This document shows positions 63,111 through 64,000 of a stretch of 64,000 nucleotides of DNA, piece after piece. The notes beneath the pieces were generated by a model. It worked only from the letters and a program-made list of their open reading frames with translations. It did no database searches and was not told the DNA's origin. Both the position numbers and the translations under genes were made by a program. Numbering within the stretch: position 1 is the first letter of the stretch; every line of letters begins with the position of its first letter. Where the stretch lies: positions 103,232,001 to 103,296,000 of the forward strand of contig CM059432.1 in assembly GCA_030390025.1 (NCBI GenBank), in the 5' to 3' direction. Source of the stretch: Squalus acanthias. Lineage: Eukaryota.

Positions 63111-63219
63111 TGATCTTTTTCTTTGCAGATAAGAAGAGGAAAAAGTACTAAGCCCTCAGGCTCAGCTTCAGGAAGAGGTTGCAAATGAGGGGGAAGAGAT
63201 GGTACTGATTGACGTTCAG

Positions 63220-64000
63220 GACATTGGAACAGGAGTAGGCCATTTAACCCCTCGAGCCTGTTCCGCCATTCAATGAGATCATGGCTGATCTGTGACCGAA
63301 CTCCATATGCCTGCCTTTGCCCCATGTCCCTAAATACCCCTGGTTAACAGCAATCTATCAATCTCAGATATAAAATTAACAACTGATCTAGCATCAACTG
63401 CTGTTTACGGAAGAGAGTCCAAACTTTCACCACTCTTTGCATGTAGAAGTGTTTCCTAACTTCACTCCTGAAAGGCCTGGCTCTAATTTTTAGGTTATGT
63501 CCCTAGTCCTAGATTCCCCAACCAGCGGAAATAATTTCTCTCTATCTACCCTATCAGTTCCTCTTACTATCTTGAAAACTTCAATCAAATCACCCCTTAA
63601 TCTTGTAAATTCCAGGGAATACGACCCTAGTTTGTGTAATCTCTCCTCATAATTTAACCCTTGGAATCCAGGTATCATTCCAGTAAATTTTACACTGCAC
63701 TCCCTCCAAGGCCAATATATCCTTCCTAAGGTGTGGTGCCCAGAACTGGTCACAGTACTCCGGGTGTGGTCTAACCAGAGCTTTGTATAGCTGTAGCATG
63801 ATTTCTACCCCCTTGTACTCTAGTTCTCTGGATATAAAGGCCAGCATTCCATTAGCCTTTTTCATTTTGTTTGTACCTGTCCATGACATTTTAATGATCT
63901 ATGTACATGGATCCCTAAGTCTCTTTGGACCTCCACTGCTTCTAGCTTTACACCATTTCGAAAGTACTCTGATCTATCCTTTTTAGTCCAAAGTGGATGA
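63220..64000 (-). mobile_element. CR1 3' portion, runs off the window
   Basis: KANGMLAFI...LVRPH.EYC.QFWAPHLRKDI and a CR1 3' end. Confidence 0.92.

Overview
Eukaryotic, almost certainly elasmobranch (shark/ray) genomic DNA: it carries an HE1-type V-SINE, a Deu-domain SINE and many CR1/L2 LINEs. I recognise no host protein-coding exon. The window is a dense, nested stack of transposable elements. Main contents: (1) A complete 4.3-kb PIF/Harbinger DNA transposon (11339-15629, TSD AAG). It has a DDE transposase and a convergent three-exon Myb/SANT gene, and sits inside an older non-autonomous Harbinger. (2) A second Harbinger (25659-34223) whose Myb gene is interrupted by a young, full-length Gypsy LTR retrotransposon (28292-32733; identical 194-bp LTRs, TSD CTCAG). 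This Gypsy has no tRNA primer-binding site. It has an 11-nt site complementary to its own LTR, which suggests self-priming, and a YLDN RT motif. (3) A Penelope-like element with a GIY-YIG domain and a minimal hammerhead ribozyme (35903-35939). (4) A CR1 derivative with an intact SGNH-esterase ORF1 but almost no ORF2. (5) A ~2.2-kb 33-bp minisatellite with higher-order structure. (6) Many Harbinger MITEs and decayed Harbinger genes. All alignments were done by eye and no searches were run. Boundaries of decayed elements are approximate.
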